Assembly (NCBI GenBank): GCA_002633005.1
Contig: NMRA01000387.1
Span: 1-64,000, forward strand
DNA length: 64,000 bases
Direction of reading: 5' to 3'
Origin: Phoronis australis
Taxonomy: Eukaryota; Animalia; Phoronida
Position 1 is the first letter of the stretch, and the number at the start of each line of letters is the position of its first letter. Shown one piece after another: positions 50,901-64,000 of this stretch. The notes under the pieces were generated by a model. It made no database searches and was not told the origin of the DNA. It saw only the letters and a list, made by a program, of their open reading frames with translations. The translations under genes were made by a program, and so were the position numbers.

Positions 50901-52120
50901 ATTTATTTTATTAAATGGCTACTGATGCTTCTTTAATGCTAAGTTTGATGTACTGACATTGTCTGCTTACTTTGTTGTCAGGGTTTATGATTTTTATGGT
51001 ATCTGATTGGTCACATTGCTAGTTGCGTGACATCCTGGTGGCGTAAATGAAAAGTGTTATTCCACAGGATGGTGAGTCAAAATTATCAAACTGTGTTCCA
51101 GAAAATCAGAGGACAGAAGTATCAGTTGTCATGTATTGAAACAACATGAGTAATCCAAAATTTAATGTCAGGACATAAGGTCATGTGGCACTTTACTGAC
51201 AAATATCTACAAACTTTGGAATTTAACTTTGTAAAACACTACTTTAATTCATGAAAGTAGAGAGTCTGTATTTTATGACTTTATATATCAATCTGCCATT
51301 AATTGGGTCCCTTGACCATATTTTTAATAAGATTCCGGAAAAAGGAATACATTCATAACAAAACAGTGGAGTCGATAACATGACCAATTTTCTTTTTATA
51401 TAAATGTTAAAGATAGAATCTGAAAAATGCCAATTCTGTTTTTAGTAACCCTTTTCGTTTTAATCAATGTTTGAGTTTTTCGTGAAATTACTGAAAGTCC
51501 CTGCTTTAGCTAGCCCTCTTTTAGCTATCAAACTTCGTTGTTAAATTACGATCATGTTTCAGAAAATTGTGCTGAAATCCCAGGGCGAAATCTCGTCGAC
51601 AGATGCGTAGCTGCTTCGCAATCGTCGACAGGGCAACTTGAATTCTTAAATAAGAATACAGTTCCGACTCAACAAATTACGTGAAATCCTCTATAAGTTT
51701 TCCAAATAGCGTCTCTAACATTTTAAAGTTCTTGTTGAATCTGGATTAACTGCAGATTAAATCCAAATCTGCGCTAGATCGTAGCCCGCAACGTGAGAGG
51801 AACACCCATGTTGTTGTCACGTGACGTTTGTTTTGAAGATCGTCTGCATGTGTGTGGGAGAGTAAGCGTGCGTGTGCTTGTCAGAGTAAACGCGATGTGA
51901 CGATCTAGGTGTGCATTGTAACCAATGAAATTGACTCGAGCAGTAAAGCAGAACGTGTTTTAGTATTAAGCATTTGCTGGCCTCTTCTGCTAAAAACGTT
52001 CGAGAATTGCTTCGATAAGAACGATATGTCACTCATTGAATCGCCGGGTGACTGAATATGTACACAGGATAGGCCATCTTTGGATGAATGACCTGGGTCA
52101 AGAAAATTGGTCATCTGGAT

Positions 52121-52590
52121 CACCCTCGTCCTCAAGCCTCAAGATAGCGCTGATCGGTTTAGCCATTTTAGGCTTGATTAGCTGAAAGAAAATGTGTCAG
52201 AATTCTGACACATTTTTACCGAAATCGCCAGAATATCACGAGTAATATAAGGTTATGTCAACTTTGAAATTTTCTGCTGTATAATTTAAAACTGAAAACT
52301 TATGTTTTGTTGCAGCAATTCAGGTCTAAATTATTGCGAAAATGATGTGTTTTGATTCGAAAACACATTAATTTCTATGGTACAGATAGCATTGAAAATA
52401 AGCAGGCGAACAACCTTTATTTCAAACAATAAACAGAAAATGCCGCCTGCTTCATGAATACCAGCAACAATGCCTGTGAAAAAAAAATCTGTCTTTGTTT
52501 TAATAACGTCAAGGCCAATCATTGCGCACAACTATGAGCCTCAAGTGGTTAAACCGATCAGCGCCATCTTGAGGCTTGGGGACGAGGCTG
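52121..52590. mobile_element. MITE with ~45-bp TIRs and a 10-bp TSD
   Basis: TIR ca(c/g)cctcgtcc(t/c)caagcctcaagat(a/g)gcgctgatcggttta(g/a)cca. TSD tcatctggat at 52111-52120 and 52591-52600. Confidence 0.85.
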
Positions 52591-53860
52591 TCATCTGGAT
52601 ATACACAAAACGTACCGAGAATGGCGTACATGAAGTAATATCCCACGAGACATTATTACGCGGAATAAGGTAGAGTGTGATATTACTTCATGTACGCCAA
52701 TCGAGGTACGTTTTGTATTTATCCCATGCGCTTCGAATTCCTAAGTTTCTTACATTTTTTCGGCAGATTTTTTAAATAATTGACCCAGACTGTTCACATG
52801 GCGGATCACATCCTATATGTATGTACTTGCGCGTTAGGTTGCAAGTTTTCTCTTGTAAAAGAAACTGTTTTAAAAGTAACGATTTATTTCTTGAAAAGAG
52901 GTAACAAAGATGAAAACAACGGCAACTGTGCAGTGAACTTGTAACATCTCCTGGAAATAGTTAAAAAAACAACAATATTTGATATTGTAGTTTCCTAGGA
53001 ATCGGCGCCTGAGTTGCAGACGACATAGTATTCAGCAATTGAAAACTGAGACATAAGTGTCATATAATTAACAATTTTGTTCCAGATTTTACGTTTAGGG
53101 CCTGGTTGCTTGTCGAGTGTTAGTTACAATGCTGCAACTGTATTACTTTAAACTATATTCGGAAAGTTTGATGATCAAACCAGCTGAAGACGTCAAGTCG
53201 ACATTGACCTAAATTTTAAACTTTCTATGTCAGAGGTCACTGTTGAAGTAGTGCTGTATTTCCCTCGACAGATTAAACGCGTATGGCATAAATGCTATAA
53301 GAACACGTTAATTAGGCGCTAGAACGAGAGTTTCACGTGAGGTGTTGCGAGTTTATGATTACATGTTTACTTTAGCCGAAAACACCAAGAATAACACTCG
53401 TAATGCAAACAGGGTGGCCGTTAGTTTATGAAGGAAGATCGTACATAGAAACATTAAGAGTGATAACGATTCTTCACTCATTTCTGTGCATGAACTTGAT
53501 TGCTCTAATTGTTAAATGTAAAACAAGAAATTCAACACTGAAAAGTACGAACGGTTTGAGAAAAACAAAGAAATTCGTGTTCACAAAGAATAAATAATCT
53601 GGCATCAATGTTAACATAACTGGACTTTAGTATGTGTACCTTTCCTTTTGTTTTCATTTGCATGAGATTTGCTCTTATTTGATGATTGCCCTCGGGTACT
53701 TCAGTGTTGGCAGCAAAGAAAAGCACAGCAATTATCATAGTTCCGTTATTACGTTATGAAATCCGCTGTTACTCCATATTATTTACGGACAGTGTATAGC
53801 AAAATTGGTAATTTACCGATTGACATAGTCACGTGGTCGTATGTCTACTTCTCTGTTACA

Positions 53861-54063
53861 TATTGCGACTGTGTTCATTGGTGTGTTTTGTTCCAAAGGG
53901 AACAGATGTGGGGATGATTCCCATACCTACACACCTGAAGAAAGGAGGCTGTTCCGAAATTACGAACGTACCAGTATCAAGCTCGCTAACAAAAAAGACT
54001 AGTCGTGTCTTTAACGAAGTTTGTGTAAACGAAGGGCTACTATGATACCTATGTGTCTAAATG
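53861..54063 (+). pseudogene. Degenerate third copy of exon 6, interrupted by a 115-bp insertion
   Basis: ggtgtgttttgttccaaagggaacagatgtggggatgattcccataccta...atgtgtctaaatgagaagatagaatcaatt. The acceptor is mutated to cat. 53300-53860 is homologous to 28745-29308. Confidence 0.6.
53930..54044 (+). mobile_element. Short insertion with a hammerhead-like core (possible Penelope fragment)
   Basis: Flanked by the direct repeat ataccta (53923-53929, 54045-54051). Begins CTGAAGA-AA-GGA-ggctgt-TCC-GAAA. Confidence 0.4.
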
Positions 54064-57047
54064 AGAAGATAGAATCAATTCAATTATTCTTTGCGCGAGT
54101 GCATCTAAAATTCATTATATGAAATGAATTCGAGATAGGATATTGCAGTAATATTCCTATGTATCTAGGATAACCTATTTATCGCACATATACATGTATG
54201 AACGTATTTCCATCACGGAGATATATTGTAGCCATATGCTTTGGCTTCTTCTTCTTCTTCCAAAAATCAACAAACGATCGTGGTATCGATCCTTACTGTT
54301 GGCGCATTGTTAGTATAAAACTTAAGTGCACCTAACTGTGAAAAAAACGATGAAACGAAATGCTGGTTAGTGCCAAGATAAAAAGGTCTTAATGATTACT
54401 GTGTAAGATTGATGTTCAAGATGTGACTTGTGAATATTTCTATTGTTTCTGATGAGATGGCGAATTTTGAGAGTCTGTTCCAGAGTAGAATGGTAGACGG
54501 AAAGAGTATGCGTAGTATGTGGAGTGGGAGTTTCGTGATCTGGTGGTCTGTAGCAGTGGAAGGTATGAGTGAGGAATAGCAACCAGGTTATGTACGGTCT
54601 TGTACAGAAGGGATAGTTTGTTACATGTATGCCAAGCATGTATACGCGCTGGTTAAATTTTGTTTCATAATACATTGGTCAGAATTTTCAGTTTGTAAAA
54701 TATCGAACCATTCAATAATATTTAAAAGTTCGCCGGAAATTTAGAAACAATCCATCCGGGAATGTCATTAACTGAACAGTTGTGCTGCAGTGTCATTTTA
54801 GGTTCCATAAATTTCTTAGTTTTCTTGGTCTATTTTCGTGTCGTTTAGATTTGTGCTTGTATTGTAAATGTAGTGATGTAAATTTGGATACAGCTATTCC
54901 ATGCTTTTTATTGCTCATTACCTGTTGCATAAACATTTTTGTTTTAGACCACAGTCCTTTCAGTGCGCGTGCATCACTTATGAGTCATTGTAAACATGAC
55001 AGTATGGAAATTTTACCCAATGTTCCCCAAACAATATTCGCCGTTAGGCTGCCAAATATTCTGTCTCATAGGAATACAGGTCAAAAATGTCGACATCAAT
55101 ATTCTAATTAATACGAGTACGAGGATGCTTTTATTGAAAACTGAGGACGCAATTCTTGATCGATGATATCCAGCCGACAGTGCTTAGAAGTTCGAAACAG
55201 AACCGCAGTTGAATCGTATTGCGAAGAACAGGCACTTTCGAACCAAGAGTGGTACAACATCAGCGCAAATATCGAGGACTTATTGATGCTCCAGGGTGGC
55301 GCACAATAGAGCTGTGTGATTTCTGCAGTGAAAATTGTGTTCGATTCGAACAAAAGATAAGAAATTAACTGAGAAGTGCGGCTGTGGAGCATACGAATGC
55401 TCAAAGAGAGTTAGCCATACAGAGTTTTAAAAAATCTAGTTGCATTTTCTCTGTAATGAGAGTCAACTGTTGCATTTCCAAACTTATGTTACCCAGAAGA
55501 AATTAAGTATACTGGAAGCCAAAAAAAATATTGTACGTAATAAAGCCATTTTCTGGTATGCATAGCTCAGAATATTTCGCTAAAAAACAAAAAATGTGCA
55601 ATTCCTTTAAAAGTCTGCTAAACGAGCAAGCGTGACCCACGCTTTTAGCGCATTACATGGCAACTGTGGTAAAAAAACACCAAGAATCATAATGTCCAAT
55701 CTGTGTCATAGCAAGTTTGAGTTTGTAGTTGATTCTTGCCTTTAATTTGGAAGATTAACGCCAATGATGCATTAACAGGTGACAGAACGAGGATTGATTG
55801 GAATCTTCAAACCAGGGTTGAGTATCCTTTTAATGACTGATATGCCGGATGATCGGATTTATGGTTTCAGCCGTCTGGTCACGTAGGGTCATCTGACGTC
55901 CTGGCAGCATTACCTCATGACGGAAGTTTTCTTATTCGTCATGAATACCCGAGGAACACAAAAATATTTGTCCAGAATTTGGTGGTCTAATTGAGCAACG
56001 GAACACGTGCTTGAACTCGTGCTAACCCTTGACCTCTTGGCACGTGCTGCCAGACGAGCCAAGATGGGATACTGCCTTTGCATCCGATCATTGCAAAGCC
56101 ATCTGGAACAAAAACAAAAGCCTTGGATATCATTCAGCCCAAACCACAACGACAAGCATTCGTTTCACACGTGTAAAGTTGCTTTCGCATTAAAGTTAGT
56201 CCGGTCCAGTTTGCGGTAGGAACATGTTTTACATCAGCATGATAACCTATCGTACTAGATTGTTACCTTTCTAATTTGACCGCACTAACACTCTATCGCC
56301 CTAACATTGAAGCTTCATCGTACTAAACACGAGATTTTGTTCTAAATACTTATAAGGATATCCTTTTCACACGACAATAAATTTTCACTTTTATTTCTAT
56401 TTTCAATTGTTTAAGTTCAAAATTGTGCAGTGCGTTGACAAAAATACCAGTAACGCCAAGAGTGCACAAAATGGCCGGAAGAACTCTGCACTCGCGTGAG
56501 GTGGGGAGATAATTTAGGAAGGTCGAGCAAACTAGTCCGCACCAAACTAGAGCCTTTCCCATTGCGCTTACGTAATCGGACTAAGTTTGGTGAGCTCGCT
56601 GACACGTAATGTGCCAGTGATTATGAGTATTTTCATACATGTAGTTTTTTTCTTCAGTTTCATGAATAAAAATGACCGAGGATGTCCATCTTCTTACCAA
56701 TATTGTTCTGAACAGATTCACATTCTGGGTACAACTGAGTGCGCTACGTCTTGATTTGGAAATCCCATTGTCAGAAAATATCTTGATTATGAAATGAGTA
56801 GAGTTACTGCCAATGAAGTTTCCCAAAATTTGTGCATATGTCAAACTTGTTTACATGTACTTTTGACATCTACATGTATTTTTAGATGATGTTTACATGG
56901 TTTGTTCTGGGTTCAGTACTTTAAGGATTCCAGATCGTAACAGCCAATGATATGATTAGCTAAGATACGGGGCTGTTATTAGCCAATCTGCATTACTATA
57001 ATTTGGGCAAAAGTCTGGGAGATAGCCAGATGGAATTTATTAGTTAA

Positions 57048-57500
57048 AGGAGAATGAAACCCAAAAACAACCTATTTTGTTTCAATTTAGATCGAGTAGT
57101 TCTACTCTATAACGGCACGTTCGGTTGTGTTACCTGACACCTGACGGCAGACGGAAGTGTTGAAGTTATCCAATGACGTCATTGGTTTCACACGCAGTCT
57201 GTTCAGCAGTTCAAAACACGGGTTACTGGTGTCAGCTTATCGCTTGAATTCATAATTTAACACCAATAGATCATCAAACTTCGATGTAAAACAATAAAAG
57301 ATACACCAAATTCTTACAAAAACGTGTTGTTTTATTTCGCTTTTAGGGATTTATTGGTATTTGGATACACCGTAGCCTACAAAGTTCGGCAGGCCAATTG
57401 AACAAGGTCCATAGCAGGAGTTTGGGGTCTGTTTAGAGATAAATTCGAAGTATTCTTCCGTGAAATACAGACAGGAGAACCTAGATCTGTGTTGTTTAGA
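57048..57500 (-). mobile_element. 3' end of another K2 Kolobok-type copy
   Basis: TTAA|aggagaatg..., the reverse complement of ~42740-43179. Confidence 0.75.
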
Positions 57501-58373
57501 CTGTCTTATGATTTTTGAGCACGAGAATGTTTACGGCAATGTGGGTAAAATTCAATACAGCAAGATTCGAGTGTCGCTGTGTAATCCAGGACGGCCCTGT
57601 CGAGTTCACTGGTTCGTGAGCGGCGTTCATGAGCGCAGCCATGCACATGACATAGCCTTACGATGTGTCTAGCGGAATCTTACAGAAGTGGACACAATAG
57701 AGATGAGTGGTTTCAGTCTGACAACCACAAACTTCTACTCGTTAGGAAGTCGAAAAGGAACGACACCATCGGAGTTGCTAAGTGGCTACGTGAGATTTTC
57801 CGAAAACGTCCCATGGCCTTCTGACCCTATTAGAAATCACAATATTGATAATTACCTCGAGTACCAAATGACACGTTGACGCCCAAGCTTTTCAAGACGT
57901 TCAATGTCTTCGTGGCTCCACGTTTTGGTTCGTCGTATGTTGCTACCACAACGATTGATCTGAAATGTAAATCGGCACACAACTTAATTTTATTACATCA
58001 TGTCGATCCGGTGGCGGGGTGGCTTGTTCTTTGTAATGGAGTGGGGGGCAGGTGAGTCAGTTCCAGAAAAACCGATACACTCGTTGGTTCAATAACCAGC
58101 AGTCTGTATAATCTGGCTCTCTATTGACTAATTGCTGATTATGTAACTGCAACTGAAATGTAACTTTAACTGTCTCTTAAAACTTAACTCTTACTCAACT
58201 TCAACTTATCAGCTCAACTGACTGTCTTGAATTCGTGCCTGGGTAATTATAGTCCCTTACAATGTTTTGGAACTTTTCATGAATTCAGGCACATTCTAGA
58301 ACTTTCCAGACTCAACCAAATCGTTCTACAAACACATACTTAGCTCGACTGCAGAATGTTTCAAACTATGGAG

Positions 58374-61300
58374 CAATGTTTATGACTAACATACTGGAAT
58401 CTTCTTTTACGTTCCTTGCTATTCTATTGTAAACAAATAATCCTGACCTCAAGCCCAATCAAGTGCTATGTGCAAATAAACAAATAGAACAGTAAAATAA
58501 AATTTATTGAACAATGAATTGCCAATCCACTTCTAAACCCGTTGCTTATAAAAGGAAAGCCGCGCTTGTAAACGAAGCATGTTCCTCCAATACGGCACTG
58601 AACAGGAGAATCGTGTATCAACTCCAAAAGACAGCGGTTCCTAAATCAAAGCCAAATGCAGATATCAATTTAGTCCCTTGTTAAGCGTCCTCATGCTCTT
58701 TTGTCCGGCATCGCAATTCGCAGGCCAAGTATTTACCATGGTTCGAAGAGTTGCTAAAACCATTCATCAACAGGTACCAGAGAACCGAAACATAATCTAT
58801 TTTTGTTAATTCTATCGTATTTCTTAGAAATTCAATTTCAGAGAAACTAAACAGTTCGAAAAATTGCCAGTTTCTGTCCATGACATACTATTTTTGCCAG
58901 TGATTTATTTTCGTGAACTTAAACACTTAAACCATAGCCATTGCGGTAATTGCTGTTTCCACACAGTATAGACTTATATCAGAGTTCCGGATAAAAAACC
59001 TTCTTGACGGCAACAGGATTGTACAATCTATTGACTAAGTACACAGTGCCGTTTCTTTATGAACCTTGGTATTTTTTTCGAGTTGACAACATTCCAGCTA
59101 AAGGGGCTTGCAAATATATTAACTATAAGGAAACATCACCCCTACAGTTTATGCGAAAGAGAATGCCTCTCATGGTCATATGCTCCACTGGAGAAGACAG
59201 AAGGTCACGTGATTTCACCAAAGTTGCATGCCAATCGCCCTAGCTAGACTTACTGCGAGATTGGCTGCTAACTGTTTATACACATCATTTTACACCTGGA
59301 TATAAATGTAAATTTGTACCGTGTTCGTTGAGAGAAAATGAAGTTAGTGATATTTGTGCTCAGCAGACCATACGTTTCAAAGCCAGGTTTTTCCAGAACA
59401 GAACAGACTATTCTAATATTATAATTGTCTTACTTTTCCAGTTTTCGTGAAATCCCACAGCCGACCTTTTAAAGGAACGTGACCTGATGATCAGATCAAC
59501 TGTCACTCCATCCCAGTTATTTCAAGTAATATAGCCTCGAGTATTTGGGCACATGGAGGCCTTTGAGTGAAAGTGATCAATATACTAATGAAACCTGTTT
59601 CAAAGAGAAAGGGTGAAGCTGAAAGAAGAATCGTAAGGGAGTTCCCCCGCAGAGGGTGGAATCGAGGCACTGTGTATTAGTCTAGTCGAAAAATGGCCCC
59701 TCGTGCACCCCGCGGACTTCAACATCAAAGTTGCATTTTTATGAAGAAAATTATGTATGAAAACAGAAAAATGATGTTAATAAGCCGGAGGTCAGTGCCA
59801 CCATTACCTATTTTGCTACATTTCGAAGTATCTCCTCGAGTATTTTAAATAATTGAAAGTGCTAAATGTCTGGGCTTATGTTTTGTGGGTCAAACATTAC
59901 ATTAAAATCAAGTAACTTCTAAAAGTTATCTTATACATGGCACCGGTACAAAACAAACAACATATGGAATAGAAATGCTGTTTGAGGCATGAAAATCCGC
60001 TAATTTTATTCAAATTCAGAACTTCGATGTTGACATTATTTTTAGGATGCAACCCAACCAAAAATATATTTTAGATTAACTAAATTAAACAATAGTTCTC
60101 ATCTTTTATGAAGAGGAACATTGTTTCTAAGACAGTCACGTGAAATTGGCCTACATTCGAAATTTAGGCAGCTATCTTGGCAGATGTATAAATCATGCCT
60201 AAAAGGAAACGAGGTCGAAGCTTATCTACTGAAGGTAAAGATCAATTTCTACCCGTATGCATTCTTCATTTAGATTTTTGTAAATGTACAAGGCACTTTT
60301 ACAGCCTTACACAATGTGAGAGGAACAGGAATGCAAAAAACTACAGCAGCTTAAAACTCGCATCGTCCAACAAAATAATATCATCAAGGTTTCTTCCTTC
60401 CGCTTGCTTTACGTTGAGGATCTAAAAGGGAACGGGAATCTTAGGTACCGTTCTAAGAAACTTTAATCGTTTCAAACCAGGTCCATTTCAAAACTTGGTT
60501 AACTTCACGAAAATTGATAGAGGTGACACTATCATTTTGGCTGTTTCCTAGATCAAGTATAACAGTTTCTTCTGNTCAATGTTTATGACTAACATACTGG
60601 AATCTTCTTTTACGTTCCTTGCTATTCTATTGTAAACAAATTACTCTCCTGACCTCAAGCCCAATCATGTGCTATGTGCAAATAAACAAATAGAACAGTA
60701 AAATAAAATTTATTGAACAATGAATTGCCAGTCCACTTCTAAACCCGTTGCTTATAAAAGGAAAGCCGCGCTTGTAAACGAAACATGTTCCTCCAATACG
60801 GCACTGAACAGGAGAATCGTGTATCAACTCCAAAAGACAGCAGTTCCTAAATCAAAGCTAAATGCAGATATCAATTTAGTCCCTTGTTAAGCGTCCTCAT
60901 GCTCTTTTGTACAACATCGCAATTCGCAGGCCAAGTATTTACCATGGTTCGAAGAGTTGCTAAAACCATTCATCAACAGGTACCAGAGAACCGAAACGTA
61001 ACAATCTATTTTTGTTAATTCTATCTTATTTCTTAGAAATTCAATTTCAGAGAAATTAACAGTTCGAAAAATTGCCAGTTTGGTCCATGACACACTATTT
61101 TTGCCAGTGATTTATTTTCGTGAACTTAAACCATAGCCATTGCAGTAATTGCTGTTTCCACACAGTATGGACTTATATCAGAGTTCCGGATAAAAAGCCT
61201 TCTTGACGGCAACAGGATTGTACAATCTATTGACTAAGTACACAGTGCCGTTTCTTTATGAACCTTGGTATTTTTTTCGAGTTGACAACATTCCAGCTAA

Positions 61301-62759
61301 AGGGGCTTGCAAATATATTAACTATAAGGAAACACCACCCATACAGAATGCCTCTCATGGTCATATGCTCCACTGGAGAAGACAGAAGGTCACGTGATTT
61401 CACCAAAGTTGCATGCCAATCGCCCTAGCTAGAATTACTGCGAGATTGGCTGCTAACTGTTTATACACATCATTTTACACCTGGATATAAATGTAAATTT
61501 GTACCGTGTTCTTTGGGAGAAAATGAAATTAGTGATATTTGCGCTCAGCAGACCATACGTTTCAAAGCGAGGTTTTTCCAGAACAGAACAGACTATTCTA
61601 ATATTATAATTGTCTTTCTTTTCCAGTTTTCGTGAAATCCCACAGCCGACCTTTTAAAGGAACGTGACCTGATGATCAGATCAACTGTCACTCCATCCCA
61701 GTTATTTCAAGTAATATAGCCTCGAGTATTTGGGCACACGGAGGCCTTTGAGTGAAAGTGATCAATATACTAATGAAACCTGTTTCAAAGAGAAAGGGTG
61801 AAGCTGAAAGAAGAATCGTAAGGGAGTTCCCCCGCAGAGGGTGGAATCGAGGCACTGTGTATTAGTCTAGTCGAAAAATGGCCCCTCGTGCACCCCGCGG
61901 ACTTCAACATCAAAGTTGCATTTTTATGAAGAAAATTATGTATGAAAACAGAAAAATGATGTTAATAAGCCGGAGGTCAGTGCCACCATTACCTATTTTG
62001 CTACATTTCGAAGTATCTCCTCGAGTATTTTAAATAATTGAAAGTGCTAAATGTCTGGGCTTATGTTTTGTGGGTCAAACATTACATTAAAATCAAGTAA
62101 CTTCTAAAAGTTATCTTATACATGGCACCGGTACAAAACAAACAACATATGGAATAGAAATGCTGTTTGAGGCATGAAAATCCGCTAATTTTATTCAAAT
62201 TCAGAACTTCGATGTTGACATTATTTTTAGGATGCAACCCAACCAAAAATATATTTTAGATTAACTAAATTAAACAATAGTTCTCATCTTTTATGAAGAG
62301 GAACATTGTTTCTAAGACAGTCACGTGAAATTGGCCTACATTCGAAATTTAGGCAGCTATCTTGGCAGATGTATAAATCATGCCTAAAAGGAAACGAGGT
62401 CGAAGCTTATCTACTGAAGGTAAAGATCAATTTCTACCCGTATGCATTCTTCATTTAGATTTTTGTAAATGTACAAGGCACTTTTACAGCCTTACACAAT
62501 GTGAGAGGAACAGGAATGCAAAAAACTACAGCAGCTTAAAACTCGCATCGTCCAACAAAATAATATCATCAAGGTTTCTTCCTTCCGCTTGCTTTACGTT
62601 GAGGATCTAAAAGGGAACGGGAATCTTAGGTACCGTTCTAAGAAACTTTAATCGTTTCAAACCAGGTCCATTTCAAAACTTGGTTAACTTCACGAAAATT
62701 GATAGAGGTGACACTATCATTTTGGCTGTTTCCTAGATCAAGTATAACAGTTTCTTCTG
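58374..62759 (+). repeat. ~2.2-kb tandem duplication joined at n 60575
   Basis: 58374-60574 is repeated at 60577-62759. The distal part is essentially identical (ORFs at 60195 and 62380 are identical). Confidence 0.9.
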
Positions 62760-64000
62760 CTTTAGCACAATCATATTGTTTAGGAAGTACACATAAACGT
62801 CTGAAAACTGTGCTCACTCTTCGAAATGACATTCTGATGGCATGCAAACAGTCAGCAAAACTACTGCGGCCATTAACGGCCGATTATATGGAACTTGTTA
62901 CTGTAAAACCTTTGCCTCCTGAACTCATCCGATTTCTTAGTTTGTTGATGACTGGGGTTGAAGGTCTCAACAAAAGTGAAAAATTCACGAGACCCGTTGT
63001 GAGTGGGATAATTTGAATAAATTGACCACCAATGTACAGGGCAGCAACATTGTCAACAGTGCTCGAGTAATCATGATTCAAGGGGTCAAGCCTGGTTTGA
63101 AAACCTCCAAAGATAAAAACAATGCTAGTCAATAACAAGTAGCAGCCGACAACGAAGTCTTCAAGTAGAAGCTCTGTCTTGGGACAACAGATAGCCCTTT
63201 TTCAAGACCAACAAAGCTTCCCTTTTGCATTATCTTCTGAAAGACATTGTGCCAGAAGACTTTCATCATGATGCCATCTTGGATGGCATGGCACATCTCA
63301 ACACGATACCTAATCTCCCTCCAGCATGAGATGAGATCTGCTTACAAGTAACTGACAAGATGGCGTCGACGAAGCACTTCTTGTTCTTAACTGACACTAG
63401 AATCTATCAAGCCCAGGAGCGGTTCCGACATGGCAGTTCATGGGTGGACAAGATACACGAACATCGTACGACTCCAAAACCTTTGTTGCAAACGATGACA
63501 ACAATAAGCAATTCTACCACTTGTTACTGTAAATCTGGAGTGGTGAGAAGTCAGTTTCGAGGTTGGAGAAGAGCGAGATGGCCATCATGATTATACAGTG
63601 AAAAGCCCTTGATCTTGTTACATCTGAAGGCCAGGAACGTCCACATTTTTTCTGAGCATAACTTTCTGAGTATTTGTTACTTTAAAATAATTTGGGTTGT
63701 CATACAGTGAATTAATCTGATGTTTCAGGTTTATACTCAGGAGCACCCACATATCTACAGCAACCAAGAAGAGACTGACAGAAGAATTGTTTTGTACCTC
63801 CAGTACGTCGTCTCACTTGTGCACAGAAACGTTGTCGTCAGAACCCCTCATGAGCGGAGCAGCACAGAAAAAAGTGGGGAATAAAGCCCAACAGCCCCCT
63901 GTAATGCACCGCCTATAGACCATGGGCGGTGCAGCACTGAAAAGTGCACCGCTCAGGGGCCCTGACGATTTCTTCTTTGTAATTCTGCTGCATCATGCTC
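62380..64000 (+). pseudogene. Degenerate Academ-like transposase with XPG/PIN-type nuclease motifs; runs off the window
   Basis: Fragments LRNDILM...LPPELIRFLSLLMTG, FFKTNKASLLHYL, AQERFRHG, and IYSNQEETDRRIVLYLQY...NVVVRTP[insertion]DDFFFVILLHHA, which resembles the (H/Q)EEADTR...VVV.S.DTD motif. Many stops and frameshifts. Confidence 0.55.

Noticed and set aside
49250-51800. Coding-like minus-strand fragments (e.g. CGSVLSRERQKYRRPEK, MKWGPPTLANL)
   Set aside because: Probably a decayed transposon, but I could not tie it to any family or find its ends.
58033-58510. Possible solo LTR (starts tgtaatgg, aact-rich, ttctagaactttccaga motifs)
   Set aside because: No second LTR, TSD, PBS or internal ORF could be identified.
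60195-60425. Duplicated ORF MPKRKRGRS... as a two-copy gene
   Set aside because: The copies are identical and flank an n join (probable artefact). The ORF is most likely the frameshifted start of the Academ-like relic.

Overview
AT-rich, intron-containing animal genomic DNA, probably from a marine invertebrate (inferred from repeat and gene content). It is not prokaryotic, and almost all ORFs in the six-frame track are spurious. Splicing by hand gives two complete six-exon paralogous genes that face each other tail-to-tail. Gene A is on + (13088-22533, 325 aa) and gene B is on - (43802-34986, 327 aa). The 3' end of a third, near-identical copy of A lies at 1-2940. Each gene encodes a signal peptide, a PAN/Apple domain, a ~185-190-aa Trp/Cys-rich domain I cannot assign to a named family (RWRPFWWF...CFGRLP...DDxGCxC...GHxxC...GLTLYFK) and a C-terminal 4-Cys half-EGF. 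Two further orphan copies of the last exon occur at 29309 and ~53861. The rest is mobile DNA: TTAA-flanked Kolobok-type elements (one with a THAP relic), a hAT and an Academ-like transposase relic, MITEs, a tRNA-derived SINE, and Penelope-type fragments carrying minimal hammerhead-ribozyme cores. Several 1-2 kb tandem duplications abut single 'n' joins and are probably assembly artefacts from heterozygosity. All identities and coordinates were read by eye; no database search was run.
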